DNA of 64,000 bases, from positions 283,039 to 347,038 of the forward strand of contig QKIY01000028.1 of assembly GCA_003250975.1 (NCBI GenBank). Direction: 5' to 3'. The position numbers were made by a program, and so were the translations under genes. Position 1 is the first letter of the stretch. Each line of letters begins with the position of its first letter. Source of the DNA: Gammaproteobacteria bacterium. Lineage in GTDB: Bacteria > Pseudomonadota > Gammaproteobacteria > Eutrophobiales > Eutrophobiaceae. The notes under the pieces are model-generated. The model made no database searches and was not told the origin of the DNA. It saw only the letters and a list, made by a program, of their open reading frames with translations. This document shows, one piece after another, positions 59,516 to 64,000 of the stretch.

Positions 59516-60784
59516 ATGAGGTGTACCAGGCAATCTGTTTTTATCATTTTGCTGACTAGCTGGGGATCGGCGGCACTTGCTGAACCCCCGACGGCTGAAG
59601 AGATGTGGGAGATTATCCAGCAACAGCAGCAAATGATTGAGGAATTAAAGTCGAGGCTGGAGGCTACGGATCAGAAAACGGCGGAACATGAACAGCAACT
59701 GGAAAAGGCTCATGAAGAGATCGAGGCGACCGCAGTTGCTCTGGAAGAGGTGCATAGTGAAACTGCAGGCGCAGGCATATTGGGCGATAAGACCAGTATA
59801 GGTGGTTACGGCGAGCTGCATTACAACAATACCGATACCAAGAAAGAGATCGATTTCCATCGTTTTGTCCTCTACTTTGGCCATGAATTTACGGACGGGA
59901 TCAGGTTCTTCTCCGAGTTCGAACTGGAACATGCCCTGACTGGAGATGATGCTGAGGGCGAACTGGAACTGGAGCAGGCCTGGATCGAAATGGATCTGAA
60001 TGAGAACCACGCACTGCGAGCAGGTGTTGATATCCTGCCTATCGGGATCATCAATCCCACCCATGAACCCCAAACTTTCTTTGGTGTGGAGCGTAACCCC
60101 GTGGAGGTCAATATCATTCCCTCAACCTGGTGGGAAGCCGGGCTGGGACTTAATGGTCAGATCGCACCGGGTTGGAGTTACGATGCCATTGTTCATTCCG
60201 GACTTGAAACACCGGTCTCCGGCAGCAATGCTTTCCTTATACGGAGTGGCAGAAACAAGGTTTCCGAAGCGAGTGCCAGGGACGGGGCATTTACCGGCAG
60301 GCTGCGTTATTCAGGCATCCCTGGGCTGGAGGTTGCCGTCAGTGGTCAATACCAGCAGGATGTGACCCAGTCTGACAAAAATATAGGCGACATAGCTGCA
60401 ACCTTGTTTGAAGGGCATGTTGACTACAGGCATGCCGCTACCGGACTGGGACTACGCGCCCTCTATGCCCGTTGGGACCTGGATGAGGGGCCAGCCGGAA
60501 CTGGTCCACAGGCGACAGGGCGCGATGAACAGTATGGTTACTATGTTGAACCTTCATGGTCCTTCGCTGTGCCCGGGAATGTAAGGGGACAGCTGGGTAT
60601 GTATGGTCGCTATAGTTACTGGGATAATAATGCCGGTAATTCACTAGAGACGGAGAGTGATCAAATTGAGGCAGGTATTAACTACTGGCCTATCGAAAAT
60701 GTAGTCTTCAAGTTCGATGTCTTTTCACAAGGCAAGGCTGCAGAAGACAGTGGTTTCAATCTGGGCCTTGGATACGAGTTTTAA
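59516..60784 (+). CDS. Outer-membrane porin with N-terminal coiled coil
   Basis: Signal peptide, Q/E-rich coiled coil, amphipathic strands (IGGYGELHY, ELEQAW), terminal GLGYEF; start set at ATG 59516. Confidence 0.8.
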   Translation: MRCTRQSVFIILLTSWGSAALAEPPTAEEMWEIIQQQQQMIEELKSRLEATDQKTAEHEQQLEKAHEEIEATAVALEEVHSETAGAGILGDKTSIGGYGELHYNNTDTKKEIDFHRFVLYFGHEFTDGIRFFSEFELEHALTGDDAEGELELEQAWIEMDLNENHALRAGVDILPIGIINPTHEPQTFFGVERNPVEVNIIPSTWWEAGLGLNGQIAPGWSYDAIVHSGLETPVSGSNAFLIRSGRNKVSEASARDGAFTGRLRYSGIPGLEVAVSGQYQQDVTQSDKNIGDIAATLFEGHVDYRHAATGLGLRALYARWDLDEGPAGTGPQATGRDEQYGYYVEPSWSFAVPGNVRGQLGMYGRYSYWDNNAGNSLETESDQIEAGINYWPIENVVFKFDVFSQGKAAEDSGFNLGLGYEF

Positions 60785-60814
60785 TCCAGGCTGTTGAAGG
60801 GAGGTTAAACGGTT

Positions 60815-61339
60815 TTGGTTTCAGGCCGCAGCTTAGGTTATTTCGTCTCTCTGATATGCGCCTCGGTTGCTGTTATGGCCGAGGTCTATCAGGAACCCGG
60901 TGAATTTATAAAGGAGGTTTATTCCGGTAATCCACCCACTACAGAAAAGATCTGGATTACAGGAGAATTGAAGGATAGGGTCAGGTCGATACTCGGACAT
61001 GACCTGAATGTTTTACGTTTACGTTACTGGCTTAAGGATGGACGCAGCGCCTGGATCCTTGAAGAGATTGGCAAGGAAAGGCCGATTACAACCGGTATCG
61101 TTGTCAATAACGGGCAGATTGAAAGGGTTAAGGTACTTATATTCCGGGAAGTGAGGGGCTGGGAAGTGCGATATCCTTTTTTTACAGATCAGTTTGATGG
61201 CGCGGTCCTTGATTCCGAAATGATGCTCGATCGTTCCATTGACGGTATATCGGGTGCAACAATGTCTGTCAGTGCCGTATCGCGACTGGCGCGGCTGGCA
61301 TTGCTGTTGCACCAGTATGCTGTTGTTGAGAAGGGATAG
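60815..61339 (+). CDS. FMN-binding domain protein (flavinylation substrate)
   Basis: Signal peptide; F..QF.G and IDGISGATMS with the [S/T]GA[S/T] motif. Confidence 0.85.
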   Translation: MVSGRSLGYFVSLICASVAVMAEVYQEPGEFIKEVYSGNPPTTEKIWITGELKDRVRSILGHDLNVLRLRYWLKDGRSAWILEEIGKERPITTGIVVNNGQIERVKVLIFREVRGWEVRYPFFTDQFDGAVLDSEMMLDRSIDGISGATMSVSAVSRLARLALLLHQYAVVEKG

Positions 61340-61344
61340 TACGC

Positions 61345-62070
61345 ATGCTGTTGCGTCTTATTCACAGGTGGCACCGCAGGTTTGGAATCATCTCGGCATC
61401 ATTTGTCTTATTACTCGTAATTACCGGCCTGATACTGAACCATACCGATGCACTGCGGCTGGACAGGAAATATGTACAAAATAGACTGCTGCTCAGTCTA
61501 TATAATATTAATCCCAGACAGGAACCCAGAGGTTCGAAGGCCCACGATTTGTGGGTCAGCCAGGTGGGCGAGCGCCTGTACATAAATGAAAGGGAGATAA
61601 GAAAAAACGTAACTGAATTGATAGGCGCTATCGAATACGCGGATGAACTGATTATTGCATTCGATAGCGAGTTACTGGTTGTAAACAGTGACGGTGCAAT
61701 TATTGAAAGCTTGCGGGGTGCGCAGGGTGTCCCTGCCGGCATGCGCGCCATAGGTAAAACGGTAAATGATGATATTGTCGTACGTGCATCACACGGTGAT
61801 TATATTGTTGACCTGGATAGAACGGATTGGCACGAAGAAGAATTTATCAAGGCAGATTGGTCTGAAACGGGAGCGCTTCCCGATGATCTCAAGGACGGTT
61901 TGCTAAAACAGTATCGCGGCAAGGGATTATCCATGGAGCGTGTTTTACTGGATTTGCACAGTGGTCGTTTATTCGGGCAGTTTGGTGTTTATCTAATTGA
62001 TGCGTCTGCGATACTTTTTTTTATTTTGGCTCTTACGGGAGTCTGGATGTGGATGAGTAGGATCAAATAA
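61345..62070 (+). CDS. PepSY-associated TM helix protein
   Basis: WHRRFG, TGLILNH, LDLHSGR and LTG.WMW conserved His/TM pattern. Confidence 0.85.
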   Translation: MLLRLIHRWHRRFGIISASFVLLLVITGLILNHTDALRLDRKYVQNRLLLSLYNINPRQEPRGSKAHDLWVSQVGERLYINEREIRKNVTELIGAIEYADELIIAFDSELLVVNSDGAIIESLRGAQGVPAGMRAIGKTVNDDIVVRASHGDYIVDLDRTDWHEEEFIKADWSETGALPDDLKDGLLKQYRGKGLSMERVLLDLHSGRLFGQFGVYLIDASAILFFILALTGVWMWMSRIK

Positions 62071-62097
62071 AATTTTAGGGGTGCGAGATTAGCAGAG

Positions 62098-63192
62098 ATG
62101 ATGGAAGATATGAAAAAACACGCAAGCCTGTCAAAGGCATTGATATTTTGTCTGGTACTTGTATTCCCGGTTATTACAGCCGCGTCTGAAACAGGAGAAG
62201 GTGTCTCCCGATCCCGCATCAAGACAACTGACCCGGGCGAAGCAGTCGTCAATATTTATTCTGAAAGAAAGGAAGAGTTGATTAAGCCGCTGCTGGATCG
62301 GTTCAGCAAAGCAACTGGCATCAAGGTAAACATGATTACAGGTGCAGGGGATGCCCTGATTAAGCGGCTAGAGATTGAGGGTGATAACAGTCCTGCAGAT
62401 GTACTGCTGACAACTGACGTTGCAAGATTGTACCGGGCCAAGTCACTGGGTTTGCTGCAGCCCGTAGATTCAGAGGCTGTGAAATCCGTCGTGCCGGAAA
62501 GTTTTCGTGACAGTGAAAACGAGTGGTTCGGCCTGTCATTGCGAGCCAGAGTGATTGTCTATGCGCGTGACCGGGTCAAACCTGATGAGCTAAGCACATA
62601 CGAGGCACTTGCAAACCCGGAGTGGCAAAATCGAATCTGCGTGCGCTCATCTTCCAATGCCTATAATCAGTCACTGGTCGCCAGCATGATTGTGCATAAT
62701 GGTGTTGAAACAACCGAGGAATGGGCGAAAGGGCTTGTAGATAATTTTGCTAGGCGACCCAAGGGCGGTGACCGTGACCAGATCAAGGCCGTTGCAGTCG
62801 GTGAATGTGATATTGCCCTGGTCAATACTTACTATCTTGGCGGTATGTTACATTCGAAGATCGAGAGCGAGGTGGAAGCAGCGAGTAAGGTTGCACTGTT
62901 CTGGCCAAACCAGTCTGGACGGGGGGCGCATTTTAATGTCAGTGGTATCGGGGTAACACGATCTGCCGGGCACAGGGATGCTGCTATCGGACTGATAGAA
63001 TTTCTTCTCAGTGATGAGTCCCAGGCTTGGTATGCAGAAACCAACTATGAATACCCTGTCAAGCCAGGAATCCCCGCCAGCGAAACACTCCAGCAGTGGG
63101 GCAGTTACAAGGCTGACAAAGTCAAGCTCGACCAGCTGGGCCAGCATAATGCCGAGGCTGTACGGCTCATGGACAGGGCGGGCTGGAAATAA
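62098..63192 (+). CDS. Fe(3+) ABC transporter substrate-binding protein (FbpA/FutA type)
   Basis: VNIYS.R, SPADVLLT.D, YNQSLVAS, GGDRDQI, VNTYY and NVSG motifs. Confidence 0.93.
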   Translation: MMEDMKKHASLSKALIFCLVLVFPVITAASETGEGVSRSRIKTTDPGEAVVNIYSERKEELIKPLLDRFSKATGIKVNMITGAGDALIKRLEIEGDNSPADVLLTTDVARLYRAKSLGLLQPVDSEAVKSVVPESFRDSENEWFGLSLRARVIVYARDRVKPDELSTYEALANPEWQNRICVRSSSNAYNQSLVASMIVHNGVETTEEWAKGLVDNFARRPKGGDRDQIKAVAVGECDIALVNTYYLGGMLHSKIESEVEAASKVALFWPNQSGRGAHFNVSGIGVTRSAGHRDAAIGLIEFLLSDESQAWYAETNYEYPVKPGIPASETLQQWGSYKADKVKLDQLGQHNAEAVRLMDRAGWK

Positions 63193-63208
63193 TGATGACA
63201 ACTGACTG

Positions 63209-64000
63209 ATGTCAGCATCCACAGCGGCTATGGTATCTGGCAGGCATTTCTCGGCGGGCTGGTCTGTCAGCGGAATTATACTGATATTAATTACCCTGCT
63301 GCTCTCTCTGCCCCTGCTGGTTGTAATCCTCTCTTTTCTCAATCCTGCGCCGGAGGTCTGGCGACATCTGACAACGACGGTTCTGGATGAATACATCCTG
63401 AATTCACTTGTGCTGATGTCAGGTGTTGGCCTGTTGACACTGGTACTCGGGGTCGTCCCGGCCTGGCTGGTGACCATGTTTCGTTTCCCTTTTAGCAAGA
63501 CACTGGAGTGGGCTCTGTTACTCCCGCTTGCCATTCCGGCCTATATCATCGCTTACACTTATACAGGCGTGCTGGATGCCTCGGGACCGGTGCAGGTCCT
63601 GATCCGTGAGCTGACCGGGTGGGGATACCGTGATTACTGGTTTCCCGAGATCCGATCACTGGGTGGCGCCGTGACCATGCTGTCTTTTGTGCTCTATCCT
63701 TATATCTATCTCATCAGTCGCGCGGCCTTTATCAGCCAGTCTGTCTGTGCGCTTGAAGTAGCTCGTACCCTGGGTTGTGGACCCTACAGGACGTTTTTCA
63801 AGGTCGCCCTGCCACTTGCAAGACCGGCGATCATTGTCGGTCTGACCCTTGTTCTCATGGAAACACTCGCCGATTATGGGACGGTGCAGTATTTTGGCAT
63901 CGCGGCATTCACTACGGGGATCTTCCGCACCTGGTTCGGGCTCGGTAACAGCGCCGCCGCTGCGCAATTGTCTGCCCTGTTGATGCTGTTTATCACGTTG
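63209..64000 (+). CDS. Fe(3+) ABC transporter permease (FbpB/FutB type), truncated by window end
   Basis: Hand translation from ATG 63209: WRHL..TVL.EYI.NS, AWLVTMFRFP, LLPLAIPAYIIAY, LYPYIYL, VALPLARP, METLADYG; open to the window end, so not in the ORF track. Confidence 0.92.
   Translation, partial: MSASTAAMVSGRHFSAGWSVSGIILILITLLLSLPLLVVILSFLNPAPEVWRHLTTTVLDEYILNSLVLMSGVGLLTLVLGVVPAWLVTMFRFPFSKTLEWALLLPLAIPAYIIAYTYTGVLDASGPVQVLIRELTGWGYRDYWFPEIRSLGGAVTMLSFVLYPYIYLISRAAFISQSVCALEVARTLGCGPYRTFFKVALPLARPAIIVGLTLVLMETLADYGTVQYFGIAAFTTGIFRTWFGLGNSAAAAQLSALLMLFITL

Noticed and set aside
59516-60784. Porin as a Cyc2-type iron oxidase
   Set aside because: No CxxCH heme motif

Overview
Chromosomal window of a Gammaproteobacterium with Pseudomonas/Xanthomonas/Chromatiales-like gene order. 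It is mostly housekeeping: coaBC-dut-algC-argB-slmA, pyrE/xth, yggT-proC-yggS, pilT-pilU-pilU2, pyrRBC'-pyrK, ruvX-yqgE-tonB-gshB, hemCDXY, prk, msbA, moxR/DUF58/transglutaminase, pmbA, uvrD, purKE, dsbA-cc4-engB, rpmE, xth, prlC. No integrase, transposase or CRISPR array was seen. Elements missing from the ORF track: (1) a stand-alone 24-aa PqqA precursor gene with a sigma54-type promoter and its own terminator (14198-14272, -); (2) tRNA-Arg(CCG); (3) a candidate ~117-nt sRNA convergent with engB, with three stem-loops that each display (U)CUCCCC and a sigmaE-type promoter, at the Spot42/ErsA/sX13 position; (4) a DnaA-box cluster with an IHF site (DARS/datA-like). Accessory systems: an AT-rich block after the tRNA encoding NarL regulator + TonB-dependent receptor + orphan binding protein + hybrid kinase (putative trans-envelope sensing chain); a LemA + EF-hand/GIDE-like membrane pair; and a Fur-boxed bfd-porin-FMN-binding-PepSY-Fe3+ ABC cluster. 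All assignments come from motif recognition by eye; no searches were run.
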